Assembly: GCA_037481815.1 (NCBI GenBank)
Contig: JBBFKX010000002.1
Location: 15,300-79,299 of the forward strand
Reading direction: 5' to 3'
DNA length: 64,000 nucleotides
Origin: a candidate division WOR-3 bacterium
GTDB lineage: Bacteria > Hydrothermota > 32-111
Shown here: piece by piece, positions 38,779 to 48,976 of the stretch
How the letters are laid out: each line of letters opens with the position of its first letter
Position numbering within the stretch: the first letter of the stretch is position 1
Notes under the pieces: generated by a model
What the model was told of the DNA's origin: nothing
The model's database searches: none
The model's input: the letters and a program-made list of their open reading frames with translations, nothing else
Made by a program: the position numbers and the translations under genes

Positions 38779-40549
38779 TTTTAAAATCTCCCTTTTTTCT
38801 TACCTGTTCTTCTTTTCGTAACAGAAAATTACCAATTATTAAAACATCTATATCGGTTTCGATGAAAGTTTTAAAAGCATCTTCAGGATTTTCAACTATC
38901 GGCTGTCCCCTTACATTGAAGGATGTGTTTATGACCATAGGACATCCTGTCCTTTCATAAAAATTATAGATTAGCGAATAAAACAGTGGGTTACTCTCTT
39001 TGCTCACAAGTTGAACTCTTGAAGTAAAATCTGAATGGACCACAGATGGGAACTGTGTGATACTTTTCCTAAGAATTTTAAAATCATGTGTGATAAACTC
39101 TTCAGTGTTTTTAAAATCATCTTTAATTTCACATACTGTTAACATATAATGAGTGGGATAACCCTTTTTAAAAATCAGTTCATATTTATCTTCGAGAACA
39201 GCAGGTGCAAGTGGCCTGAAAGATTCTCTGAACTTAATCTTCATGTTCATTATTTTTTGCATTTCAGGATCCGTTGGATCACCTAAAATACTTCTATTTC
39301 CTAAAGCTCTTGGCCCATACTCCATTTTCCCCTGAAACCATCCAACAACTTTTTTCTTGAGTATCTCTTCACAACCAATAACATCAGGATTGGTTATTTT
39401 TTTGTAAACACCATTTAATCTTTTTAAACTTTCCTCGATCTCATGATCTGAATATTCTGTTCCAAGAAAAGAATAATTCTGACAACCCCTGATATTCAAA
39501 TTATAATATCTGTTCGCAACATACAAAGCGGCTCCAAGTGAACCACCAGCATCCCCTGATGCAGGTTGAATAAAAAATTTTTCAGGTTTATAAGATTCTA
39601 AAACTTTAGAATTCGCAACACAGTTTAAACCAACCCCTCCCCCGATTATCAAGTTTTTTTCTTTCGTTTCACTTTTCAACTTTAAAGCCATTTTTATAAG
39701 AATCTCCTCTAAAACCTTCTGAACAGAAGCAGCAATGTCTGCATACACTTCGTTTAAAGGTTGTTCTTCTTTTCTAATCTTTATTCCAAAAAGTTTTTCC
39801 ATCTGTTTCCCACACATCTGTAAACCATTCTGGAAATCAAAAAATTTCAAATTCAATCTGTAAGATCCATCATCTTTGATATCTATCAAATTCTCTTTTA
39901 TCAGAGAAACATACCGTGGAACACCATAGGGGGCAAGCCCCATCAATTTGTATTCACCTGAATTAACTTTAAATCCAGTAAAATAGGTAAATGTTGAATA
40001 AAACATCCCTAAAGAATGCGGATAATCTATAGAATATAGGATCTTTATGCTTTTATCATCAACAACTCCAAGAGTTGTTGTTTCCCATTCTCCAACACCA
40101 TCGTTTACCATAAATGCTGCTCTTTCAAGATCAGATGGATAGAAGGAAGAAGATATGTGTGAAACATGATGTGGAACATAGAATATTTTATAATTCCCCT
40201 TAATCAATTTTCTTAATTTAGATTCAGTATAAAGTTTATCTTTAATCCACAACGGTAAAGAAGTGAAAGCAAACTCAAAATTTTTCGGCGTCGAATAAAT
40301 CAGATTTTCAATTATTCTTTCAAATTTCAAAATCGGTTTATCATAGAAAACAATTGCTTTCAGATTTCCAGGATCAAAATCGAACTTTTTTTTAAGAATC
40401 TCTATTGATAACTCTGGTAACCTTTCATCAAATTTTATTTTAGAAAACCTTTCTTCCTGAAGAGCAGCAATAACCTTACCTTTTTTTATGTACGTTACAG
40501 ACGAATCGTGAAACAATGCCGAAATTCCTAAAATTTCTATTTCACTCAT
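38759..40549 (-). CDS. carbamoyltransferase (NodU/CmcH/TobZ family)
   Basis: 596 aa; N-terminal ILGISALFHDSSVTYIKKGKVIAALQEERFSKIK matches the carbamoyltransferase N-domain. Confidence 0.8.
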   Translation of the reverse strand: MSEIEILGISALFHDSSVTYIKKGKVIAALQEERFSKIKFDERLPELSIEILKKKFDFDPGNLKAIVFYDKPILKFERIIENLIYSTPKNFEFAFTSLPLWIKDKLYTESKLRKLIKGNYKIFYVPHHVSHISSSFYPSDLERAAFMVNDGVGEWETTTLGVVDDKSIKILYSIDYPHSLGMFYSTFTYFTGFKVNSGEYKLMGLAPYGVPRYVSLIKENLIDIKDDGSYRLNLKFFDFQNGLQMCGKQMEKLFGIKIRKEEQPLNEVYADIAASVQKVLEEILIKMALKLKSETKEKNLIIGGGVGLNCVANSKVLESYKPEKFFIQPASGDAGGSLGAALYVANRYYNLNIRGCQNYSFLGTEYSDHEIEESLKRLNGVYKKITNPDVIGCEEILKKKVVGWFQGKMEYGPRALGNRSILGDPTDPEMQKIMNMKIKFRESFRPLAPAVLEDKYELIFKKGYPTHYMLTVCEIKDDFKNTEEFITHDFKILRKSITQFPSVVHSDFTSRVQLVSKESNPLFYSLIYNFYERTGCPMVINTSFNVRGQPIVENPEDAFKTFIETDIDVLIIGNFLLRKEEQVRKKGDFKIEKRND

Positions 40550-42404
40550 ATTTGAAATCTTTAATATACGATTTTAAAATTTGACGAACATTACCTTCAG
40601 AATTTGTGAAATCATCAACCATTTTTTCAATTTTATCATTCTCTAACTTCTCCACTAAAAGAATTTTAAAGATCTTATCAAACCTTGTTTTTTCTATCTG
40701 TTCCTCTTCTCTATACAGTTCCTCATAAAGTTTTTCTCCTTTTCTTATTCCAGTATAAACTATCTTTATATCCTTATGGGGAACATAACCATACATTCTT
40801 ATAATGTTCTCTGCAATATCATTTATTTTTACGGGTTTCCCCATATCGAGCATAAATGTTTCCCCACCTTCTCCAATACCTGCTGCTTCGAGACAAAGTG
40901 TTACCGCTTCCGCAATCGTCATAAAATATCTTGTCATATTTTTATCTGTTACCGTAACTGGCCCCCCGTTTTTTATCTGTTCTTCAAAAATTGGAATAAC
41001 ACTTCCCCTTGATCCAAGAACATTTCCAAATCTTACAGCGAAGTATTTTGTCAGAGGATCTTTCTGAGAAACAACAAGCATTTCTCCAATCCTTTTTGTA
41101 GCACCCATTATCGAAGATGGTTTAACAGCTTTATCAGTTGATATATAAAGAAATCTTTTAACCTTCCCTTTCGATGCTTTAATTAGATTGAAAGTTCCTA
41201 AAATATTTGTTTTTACAGATTCATAAGGGAATTCTTCACATATTGGGACATGTTTTAAAGCTGCAGCATGAAAGATGATGGATATTTTTTCTTTTTCAAT
41301 AACCTTTACCATATCTGAAAAATTCCTGATATCAGCAAGAACTATTTTTATATCTTTTGAATATCTCTGCTTCATTCTTTCCTTAAGATAAAAAAGTTCA
41401 GTTTCGTTTATATCAAGTGCATACACATTTGCAGCTTTAAATTTAACAACCTGGTTTATAATCTCACTACCGATCGATCCAGCAGCACCTGTAACAAGTA
41501 CATTCTCTCCATCAAGATAACTGCCTATCAATCCAAGATCATATGAAACCTTTTCTCTCCCCAAAAGGTCTGTAATGTCTATATTTCGTACATCTTTTGA
41601 AGATACTTTCCCATCAACAATACTATCAACCGATGGAAGAACTTTTATTTCTTTACATCCACTTTTTTCCAAATTTCTGTATATCTTCTGTAAATTTTCT
41701 CTATCAAGAGATGGTATCGCTATCAGTACAGTGTAACAATCGTTCTCCTTCATTACACTTTTTAAAATCTCGCTCCCACCAACAACCTTTAATCCATGAA
41801 TCCTGTTTCCTTTTTTCTTTGGATCATCATCAATGAATAGGATAGGATTGTACTCACTTTTTCTTGAAAGCATATCCCTTACAATCTGTTCACCAGCATC
41901 CCCTGCACCATAGATAATAATTTTTTTCCTTTTTTCCATCTCCCTTCGACCTTCAAAAGAGAGCAAAAACCTTTTTAAACTTCTCAAAGTCAAAAGAAAC
42001 CAGAGTGAGAAGAAATAATCAAGAAAAAAAACCGATCTAGGTAAAAAGGAAAGAATTTGATTCTTCAAAAAGAATAGAGATATGTAAAAGGAAATAAACT
42101 GTGAAAAAGTCAGTGCGATTCCAAGTTTTATAGCATCCTTAAAAGAAAAATACCTCCAGTTGAAAGAATATATATCAAAAATAAACAGAAAAAAAATTTT
42201 GGAAACAATAAAAATTGGAAGGAAGTTTTTATAGAGTTTAAAATTTAAAAAGACCTCCGTTATACTGAATCTGATACTGAATGAAAGAAAATATGATAAT
42301 GTGAAAAGAAACAGATCAAACAGAACAAAAAAAATTATTCTTTTCAGATAACTAGGTTTAAACAGATCTTCTTTCAAAAAATTCTTTAATCTTTTTATAA
42401 ACAT
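40542..42404 (-). CDS. membrane-anchored UDP-sugar 4,6-dehydratase (CapD/PglF/WbpM family)
   Basis: N-terminal 4 TM helices, two Rossmann regions (IIIYGAGDAGEQI and LVTGAAGSIGSEI); start uncertain, the ORF-track start 42458 overlaps the upstream gene by about 100 nt. Confidence 0.8.
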   Translation of the reverse strand: MFIKRLKNFLKEDLFKPSYLKRIIFFVLFDLFLFTLSYFLSFSIRFSITEVFLNFKLYKNFLPIFIVSKIFFLFIFDIYSFNWRYFSFKDAIKLGIALTFSQFISFYISLFFLKNQILSFLPRSVFFLDYFFSLWFLLTLRSLKRFLLSFEGRREMEKRKKIIIYGAGDAGEQIVRDMLSRKSEYNPILFIDDDPKKKGNRIHGLKVVGGSEILKSVMKENDCYTVLIAIPSLDRENLQKIYRNLEKSGCKEIKVLPSVDSIVDGKVSSKDVRNIDITDLLGREKVSYDLGLIGSYLDGENVLVTGAAGSIGSEIINQVVKFKAANVYALDINETELFYLKERMKQRYSKDIKIVLADIRNFSDMVKVIEKEKISIIFHAAALKHVPICEEFPYESVKTNILGTFNLIKASKGKVKRFLYISTDKAVKPSSIMGATKRIGEMLVVSQKDPLTKYFAVRFGNVLGSRGSVIPIFEEQIKNGGPVTVTDKNMTRYFMTIAEAVTLCLEAAGIGEGGETFMLDMGKPVKINDIAENIIRMYGYVPHKDIKIVYTGIRKGEKLYEELYREEEQIEKTRFDKIFKILLVEKLENDKIEKMVDDFTNSEGNVRQILKSYIKDFKYE

Positions 42405-43518
42405 ATTTCTGCTCCATAACAGAGAGTCCAGTAAAAAATGGAATAGCAACAAGTTCATCAGATATTTTTTCAGTTACAGGGAAATCTCCATTTTTAAAAC
42501 CAAAAATTTTTTTATAGAAGGGTTGAAGGTGTATTGGATAAAAATACCTTTTTGAAGATATTCCACTTTTATTTAAAAATTCTATTAACTCGTTTCTAAT
42601 CTTTTTATCCACAAATATATAAAATAAAAACCATGAATTCTTTTGCCCTTCAATCAAAGAAGGCAACTTTATCTCCTTTATTCTATTCAACAACTCCATA
42701 TATCTTTTCGCAACATTCTCTCTTCTTTTTAAAATTTCTTCCAGATTTTCCATCTGTGCCAAGCCAATAGCTGAATTTATATCACTAACCCTGAAATTGT
42801 ATCCAAGATATCTATGTATAAAGTTCGGGTCACCTTCCATCCTTCCCTGATTTCTTAACGCTTTAAGATAAAGATAGAGTTTTTTATCATCGGTTACAAT
42901 CATTCCACCTTCACCTGTTGTAATCTGCTTATTCGGATAGAAAGCGAAAACTGCCCCCCTCCCAAAAATACCAGATTTTTTACCTTTAAATTCACTCCCA
43001 AGCGATTCTGACGAATCCTCAAACAATAAAAGATTGTAATCGTTACATAACTCTTCGATCTTTTGATAATCACACAGATTCCCAAGAATGTCTACCGAGA
43101 GGATACCTTTTAAAATTTTTCCATTTTTTTTGTTCACAATTTTTTTGCCCTTTTTTTTATAATCACTTTTTATCTTCCTTTCGATCAGATCAGGAGAAAT
43201 ACACAAACTCTTTTCATCTATATCGACAAAAACCGGACTTGCATTACAGTACAAAATCGAATTTGCAGATGCTATGAATGAAAAAGGGGTTGTAATTATT
43301 TCATCGTTACTTTGAATTCCAGCTGCTTTTAAAAGTAGGAAGAGTCCAGCGGTTCCAGATGATACCATAACGGCATATTTTCTACCAACATAATCTTTAA
43401 ATATGTTCTCAAATTTCTCTGTATATTCCCCCATGCTGAGTTTTTCAGATTTAAGCAGAAAATCCACATACTTTTTTTCATTACCTTTAAAATACAAACC
43501 AGATAATGGAATCTTCAT
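42358..43518 (-). CDS. DegT/DnrJ/EryC1/StrS-family PLP aminotransferase
   Basis: 386 aa; N-terminal LSMGEYTEKFENIFKDYVGRKYAVMVSSGTAGL and PLP-Lys region FYPNKQITTGEGGMI. Confidence 0.85.
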   Translation of the reverse strand: MKIPLSGLYFKGNEKKYVDFLLKSEKLSMGEYTEKFENIFKDYVGRKYAVMVSSGTAGLFLLLKAAGIQSNDEIITTPFSFIASANSILYCNASPVFVDIDEKSLCISPDLIERKIKSDYKKKGKKIVNKKNGKILKGILSVDILGNLCDYQKIEELCNDYNLLLFEDSSESLGSEFKGKKSGIFGRGAVFAFYPNKQITTGEGGMIVTDDKKLYLYLKALRNQGRMEGDPNFIHRYLGYNFRVSDINSAIGLAQMENLEEILKRRENVAKRYMELLNRIKEIKLPSLIEGQKNSWFLFYIFVDKKIRNELIEFLNKSGISSKRYFYPIHLQPFYKKIFGFKNGDFPVTEKISDELVAIPFFTGLSVMEQKYVYKKIKEFFERRSV

Positions 43519-43519
43519 A

Positions 43520-44545
43520 TCATTTCTTTTTCAAAAAGATTTTTCTTCCTTTCCTTGATGCATCATATATAGCCATAATAAGTTCAAGAGATTTCCTTCC
43601 CTCTAAACCATCAGTCAACGGCACACTATCCTTTTCAAGTGAGTTTAAAACATTCTCATAATATGCAAAATGTCCTTCACCGTAAACATTCTTTGGAACA
43701 TAGTTAACCTTTTCAATCATAGCATCGTCATCATCATATTTTTCGAATTCCCATTTTTCAATCCTGTTCAGAGCTGTTCCCCCGATTTTGACTGTCCCTT
43801 TTTCACCGATAACCGTGATCGAACCTTCATAGTTTCTTGGATAGGTTAGCATCGTTACCTGTATAACACCCAAAGCTCCATTTTTATATCTTAAAACTGC
43901 TCCACCTGTATCCTCTGTTTCTATCTTTCGTGCGAGTCGTGCAGTTATTGAAACAACTTCTTTAACTTCTCCACCGAGCCAGACCATAAGATCAACATAA
44001 TGGGATGCCTGATTCAAAAAAGCACCACCATCATACTTCCATGTCCCTCTCCACTTTGCCTGTTCATAATACTCTTGTGGCCTATTCCAGTATACGGTTG
44101 TATTTATAAAATATATTCTTTCAAACCTGTTTTTTTCAATTGCACTTTTTAAAAGTTGAACAGTTGGGTTTAATCTGTTCTGTTTAACAACAAAAAGTTT
44201 GACTTTATTTTTTTTACATTCATTTATAAGTTGATCGGCATCCTTGAGATTTACAGCCATCGGTTTTTCGGTTAGAACATTTATTTTTCTTCTTGCTGCC
44301 ATCATACCATGAATCGGATGTAATCCTGAAGGAGTACAGATAGATAAAAGGTCAAGTTCCTCATTTGAAAGCATATCTTCGAGATTTTTGTAGTATGGTA
44401 CATCAAACCTTTCAGCTGATCTTTTTGCTTTTTCTAAAACTATATCGCACACAGCAACAAGTTTTATTCTTTCATTGAATTTTTCATATACCTCAAAATG
44501 TTTTTCAGATATTCTGCCACATCCAACAAGCCCAACTCTTATCAT
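43520..44545 (-). CDS. Gfo/Idh/MocA-family NAD(P)-dependent sugar oxidoreductase
   Basis: N-terminal IRVGLVGCGRISEKH Rossmann motif; 341 aa. Confidence 0.8.
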   Translation of the reverse strand: MIRVGLVGCGRISEKHFEVYEKFNERIKLVAVCDIVLEKAKRSAERFDVPYYKNLEDMLSNEELDLLSICTPSGLHPIHGMMAARRKINVLTEKPMAVNLKDADQLINECKKNKVKLFVVKQNRLNPTVQLLKSAIEKNRFERIYFINTTVYWNRPQEYYEQAKWRGTWKYDGGAFLNQASHYVDLMVWLGGEVKEVVSITARLARKIETEDTGGAVLRYKNGALGVIQVTMLTYPRNYEGSITVIGEKGTVKIGGTALNRIEKWEFEKYDDDDAMIEKVNYVPKNVYGEGHFAYYENVLNSLEKDSVPLTDGLEGRKSLELIMAIYDASRKGRKIFLKKK

Positions 44546-45486
44546 ATAACACCTCTAAAATATTGTATCGTTTTAGAGAGCCCTAATTCAATGGGAACAC
44601 CATTCTTGTATCTTAAAACTTTCCTTGCAAGTGTTAGATCAGGTTTTCTCTTAACAGGGTCATCAGCAGGCAAATCTTTAAAAACTATCTTTGATTTTGA
44701 TTTTGTTAATTTTATAATCGTTTGTGCTAAATCGATAATCTTGATCTCTTCATCTGAACCAAGGTTTACAGGGCCTGTAAAGTTAGGTTCACTATCGCTT
44801 AATTTTATAATACCCTCTATAAGATCATCTATATAACAAAAAGATCTTGTTTGTGTCCCATCTCCATAAACAGTTATATCACGATTTCCAAGGGCCTGGA
44901 CGATAAAATTTGAAACAACTCTACCATCATCTTTTGACATATATTCTCCATAGGTGTTGAATATTCTACAAACTTTTACTTCAATATTAAAATTTCTATA
45001 ATATTCAAAAGTTAAAGTTTCAGCCACCCTTTTTCCTTCATCATAACAAGCCCTAACACCTATAGGGTTTACATTCCCCCAATAATTTTCATTCTGTGGG
45101 TGCACCAGTGGATCTCCGTATATTTCAGATGTTGAACTTAGAATAAACTTTGAACCAGTTTTTTTTGCAACCTCAAGCATATTCATTGTTCCTATAAAAT
45201 TTGTTTTCAAAGTTTCCAGAGGATATTTTTGATAAAATTTTGGGGAAGCCATTGAAGCAAGATGAAAAATTTTTTTTATGTCCCTGTATTCTATCTGTAT
45301 TTTTTTAGAAACATCTTTTTTAAAAAATTCAAAATTTTTAAACTTTTTTAAAATTTTTAAATTTTCAAGTGAACCAGAGGAAAGGTTATCAATTCCTAAA
45401 ACTCTCTCTCCTCTTTTCAACAGGTATAACGAAAGATTTGTTCCAATAAAACCAGCACAACCAGTTATCAAGTTTATTTTTACCAT
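44542..45486 (-). CDS. NAD-dependent nucleotide-sugar epimerase/dehydratase (UDP-glucuronate decarboxylase-like)
   Basis: ITGCAGFIG motif, Y-x3-K (YDEGKR); 314 aa; adjacent to a UDP-sugar 6-dehydrogenase. Confidence 0.65.
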   Translation of the reverse strand: MVKINLITGCAGFIGTNLSLYLLKRGERVLGIDNLSSGSLENLKILKKFKNFEFFKKDVSKKIQIEYRDIKKIFHLASMASPKFYQKYPLETLKTNFIGTMNMLEVAKKTGSKFILSSTSEIYGDPLVHPQNENYWGNVNPIGVRACYDEGKRVAETLTFEYYRNFNIEVKVCRIFNTYGEYMSKDDGRVVSNFIVQALGNRDITVYGDGTQTRSFCYIDDLIEGIIKLSDSEPNFTGPVNLGSDEEIKIIDLAQTIIKLTKSKSKIVFKDLPADDPVKRKPDLTLARKVLRYKNGVPIELGLSKTIQYFRGVI

Positions 45487-46802
45487 CCGATCCCTTTATA
45501 GTTTTTCGAACTTTTCTTTTCAGGGAAAATGTTCACAAGATCTACGACTATAAGTTCCTTTTTGTTATATGAGTTCAACAATTCTCTGTAAGAGTTGTCT
45601 CTATTGGCAACAACAACGAGTTCTACATTATCCAGAAATTTTTGTGGATCCTCTACAAGAATTTCAGAAATATGTTTTATCTCTCTTTCAATATATTCTT
45701 TATTGGAACCAACCAGTTTTGAAAGTTTTACATTTTCATCATATATTAAAACATTTTTACCTTTACCTAAAAGTTTCTCAACAAGAACAACCGATGGAGA
45801 TTCTCTTAAATCATCTGTCCCACTTTTAAATGTTATACCCATCACTCCAATTCTATTTACCTTTTCTTTTAAGATTAAATCAAAAGCCCAATCGATATGA
45901 AGATCGTTGGAATCCATTATATTTTCGATTATAGGTAAAGATAATCCATTCCTTTTGGATTCATAAGACAAAGCTCTTACATCCTTCGGTAAACATGAAC
46001 CACCGAATGCGAATCCTGGTTTTAAATAATATTCAGATATATTTAGTTTTCTATCCATAAGGAAAAGTTCCATCACTTCTCTGCTATCGATCCCTTTCTT
46101 TTTACATATTCTTGCGATTTCATTAGCGAAACCAACTTTTAACCCATGAAAGGTGTTGTTAACATATTTAAGCATTTCAGCAGTTTTTATAGATGTTACG
46201 ATAAATGGCGCTTCAAGAAATGAATACATCTGTCTTATTATCCTTTCACTCGCCTCACATTCACAACCTATAAGAGTATAAGGAGGGTTATAGAAATCGT
46301 TTACAGCATTACCTTCCCTTAAGAATTCAGGATTTGACAGAACATCAAAATCTTTTTTCCTTTTCTTTCCACTTATACTCTGGACTATCTCGGCATACTT
46401 ATCAACGGTTCCGGGCATCGATGTTGACCTTATGAGTATAAGGTACTCTCTTTCAAAATTTTCCTTTTTCCTCAAAGCATCACCTATCTGTTGGGCAGTT
46501 TTAAAAATGTATGAAAGATCAACCTCTCCAGTTTCTGAAGACGGAGTTCCTACACAGATCAATGCGATATTGGTATTCTTAACCGCATACTCAAAATCAT
46601 CTGTTGCCTCAAGATTCCCGGCTTTTACAACTTTTGATACTATCTCATTGATATAGGGTTCAACTATAGGGGATCTTCCATTGTTGACTTCAGAGATTTT
46701 TATATCGTTTATCTCAACCCCTATAACTTTGTATCCCTGCTCTGCCAAACATGCAGCGGATATTATACCAACATAACCCAAACCAAAAACAGCGATCTTC
46801 AT
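45480..46802 (-). CDS. nucleotide-sugar 6-dehydrogenase (UDP-glucose dehydrogenase-like)
   Basis: N-terminal KIAVFGLGYVG, catalytic Cys region GFAFGGSCLPKD; 440 aa. Confidence 0.8.
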   Translation of the reverse strand: MKIAVFGLGYVGIISAACLAEQGYKVIGVEINDIKISEVNNGRSPIVEPYINEIVSKVVKAGNLEATDDFEYAVKNTNIALICVGTPSSETGEVDLSYIFKTAQQIGDALRKKENFEREYLILIRSTSMPGTVDKYAEIVQSISGKKRKKDFDVLSNPEFLREGNAVNDFYNPPYTLIGCECEASERIIRQMYSFLEAPFIVTSIKTAEMLKYVNNTFHGLKVGFANEIARICKKKGIDSREVMELFLMDRKLNISEYYLKPGFAFGGSCLPKDVRALSYESKRNGLSLPIIENIMDSNDLHIDWAFDLILKEKVNRIGVMGITFKSGTDDLRESPSVVLVEKLLGKGKNVLIYDENVKLSKLVGSNKEYIEREIKHISEILVEDPQKFLDNVELVVVANRDNSYRELLNSYNKKELIVVDLVNIFPEKKSSKNYKGIGW

Positions 46803-48967
46803 TTTTCACCTTCTTTTGTATGATAATGATAATAATAATGATAATAGTAATATTTCCCATAGAAACTTTCGGTGTTAACATTGTTAAAAACAAAACCAAC
46901 TAATGGTATATTAAGATTTTTCAACAATTTTTTTGTATAGTGTAACTCTCTTTTTTTCGCTTTTTTAAATTGAACAACCCAGAGTAAACCATCCGATAAC
47001 CTTGAAATTATTGTAGGGTCTGCAACCGAAAGTATCGGAGAAGTATCAACTATGATAAAATCAAACATCCCTTTTAACTGTTCAAAAATTTTTCTTGTCA
47101 ATTTCCCTTCAAGTAGTTCAGTTGAATGAGATGTCCTTTCACCATAAGGTATTATCCATAGATTCTCAATTCCACTTGGATATATAACCTTTTCAACACT
47201 TGTTTCCCCTTTCAGTATGTTTGTAAAACCTTTATCAAAACTTAAATTAAACATTTTATCGATCACAGGTCTTCTCAAATCTCCATCTATCAAAAGAACC
47301 TTTTTGTCCAGTTGTGCTAAAACGATGCTAAGGTTTGATGCGGTAGTTGATTTCCCTTCACCTTTTGTGGCTGATGATACAACGATTATTTGGGGAGTTT
47401 TTGTTCCTTCGGAAAGATATAAAAGGTTTGTTCGAAGAATTTTATACGATTCAACAATCGGTGAATTTTCTGGAACTTCAGTTAAAAGTTTACTCCTTTC
47501 ACTAACCATCGTTTTCCCATTTTTGAGTTTAATCAAAGGGATATTACCAATTATATTAACTTTTAATTCTCTTTCAATTTCATCTATATCCTTTACAGAA
47601 TCGTCTATATATTCTTTAATAAACACTGCACCTATTCCCAGTATTATGGCAAGAAAGAATCCAAAAAGATAATTTCTGTTTTTCTTTGGTAAAACTGGAT
47701 TTTTATTCAACACAGGTTTATCTATTATCTTTACAGAACCAAGTTTACCAGCTTCTGCCACTTTTGCCTCTTCAAATTTTCCTTTCAACATCAGATAAAG
47801 TTCCTCTGAAACTTTTTTATTTCTTTCAAGTCGTGCAAGCATAAGTTCCTGATATGGGATCTTTTTCATCTTATCTTCAAAAATTTTTATCACATTGTTT
47901 AACGCTTCAATCATCGACTCCTTAACTTTTATTTCAAGTTGAACCGATACGATTTCGTCCATAAGACTTTTTGAATAATCCAAAGGATTGGTTGCGAAAT
48001 ATTTTTCAGTCAAAGATTTTTTACTGTTGGTCACTATGTTGTTTTTCAAATTTTCAACCCTTATCTTTATCTCCTTCATTTTCGGATGTGATGTGTCGTA
48101 TCCAAGTGATAGAAAATATGCATAGGATGACTGTAAAGAATCGAGTTCCTTCATAGATCTTTCAAGGAAGGGATTAAGTTCATTCAAAAATCCTTCAGCC
48201 ATCATTTTGTTCGACTGGGAAAGGTTCTCTTTTAGATAATTCAATTTTGCAAGAAGCATCTCCCTTTCAACATAGTTCTGTTTTTTCTGACCTTCAAAAT
48301 TTGATATCATATCAACAAGTTTTGAGGTCTCTTCGGTGAGTTCGATAATAGAATTATTCTCTTTAAACTTTTTTAAATTTTCTTCATTTATTTGTAGATC
48401 ATTTTCTATTTTAGTTAACTGTTCTTCGAGAAATTTTCTCACCTCACTCAATTCTCCCCTAGTCATTTCAAGGTTAATATTGTAATACTGCTCAACTATG
48501 ATTTTTGTTATATAGAAAGCATCCTCTGGACTCTTATCATTATAGATTATTTTCAAAATATCAGTATCCTTAACCGGGATCACTGTGAGATTTTTTTTGA
48601 GATATGATATCCTTGCTTCTTTTTCTTTAAATTTACCTATATAAAGAGAGTCAAGATAACCACTGTTTGATATAACATTTTCGACTCTTTCAAAAAGAGT
48701 TCTGGATTGAACCATTTCTATGTGGTTATTTATAACAGTTTGTCTTGGATTTAGATCCCTTATAGGTAAAAATGAAAGTCCTTTATCACTTGTTTCAATT
48801 AGTATCAGTGAAGTAGATTGATAGGTTGGTTTTGTAATTTTCGTTATCAAAAAAACAAGAACGATCACAATAAAAAATGTTGTTAAAAACAAAATTTTAT
48901 TCTCGAGTAAAAGAAAAAAATATGTCTTTAACTCTTTTCCTTCCTCTTCTATAACCCTCTCCGGCAT
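46799..48967 (-). CDS. polysaccharide co-polymerase / tyrosine autokinase (Wzc-like BY-kinase)
   Basis: Wzz-like N-terminal TM plus coiled coil, second TM, Walker A SSATKGEGKST, C-terminal Tyr-rich tail YGKYYYYHYYYHYH. Confidence 0.75.
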   Translation of the reverse strand: MPERVIEEEGKELKTYFFLLLENKILFLTTFFIVIVLVFLITKITKPTYQSTSLILIETSDKGLSFLPIRDLNPRQTVINNHIEMVQSRTLFERVENVISNSGYLDSLYIGKFKEKEARISYLKKNLTVIPVKDTDILKIIYNDKSPEDAFYITKIIVEQYYNINLEMTRGELSEVRKFLEEQLTKIENDLQINEENLKKFKENNSIIELTEETSKLVDMISNFEGQKKQNYVEREMLLAKLNYLKENLSQSNKMMAEGFLNELNPFLERSMKELDSLQSSYAYFLSLGYDTSHPKMKEIKIRVENLKNNIVTNSKKSLTEKYFATNPLDYSKSLMDEIVSVQLEIKVKESMIEALNNVIKIFEDKMKKIPYQELMLARLERNKKVSEELYLMLKGKFEEAKVAEAGKLGSVKIIDKPVLNKNPVLPKKNRNYLFGFFLAIILGIGAVFIKEYIDDSVKDIDEIERELKVNIIGNIPLIKLKNGKTMVSERSKLLTEVPENSPIVESYKILRTNLLYLSEGTKTPQIIVVSSATKGEGKSTTASNLSIVLAQLDKKVLLIDGDLRRPVIDKMFNLSFDKGFTNILKGETSVEKVIYPSGIENLWIIPYGERTSHSTELLEGKLTRKIFEQLKGMFDFIIVDTSPILSVADPTIISRLSDGLLWVVQFKKAKKRELHYTKKLLKNLNIPLVGFVFNNVNTESFYGKYYYYHYYYHYHTKEGEK

Positions 48968-48976
48968 AAAAACTCC

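Noticed and set aside
46714-46899. 61-aa ORF containing a run of nine isoleucines
   Set aside because: It is an alternative frame through the TAT/CAT repeat that encodes the Tyr/His tail of the Wzc-like kinase, and it overlaps two real genes.
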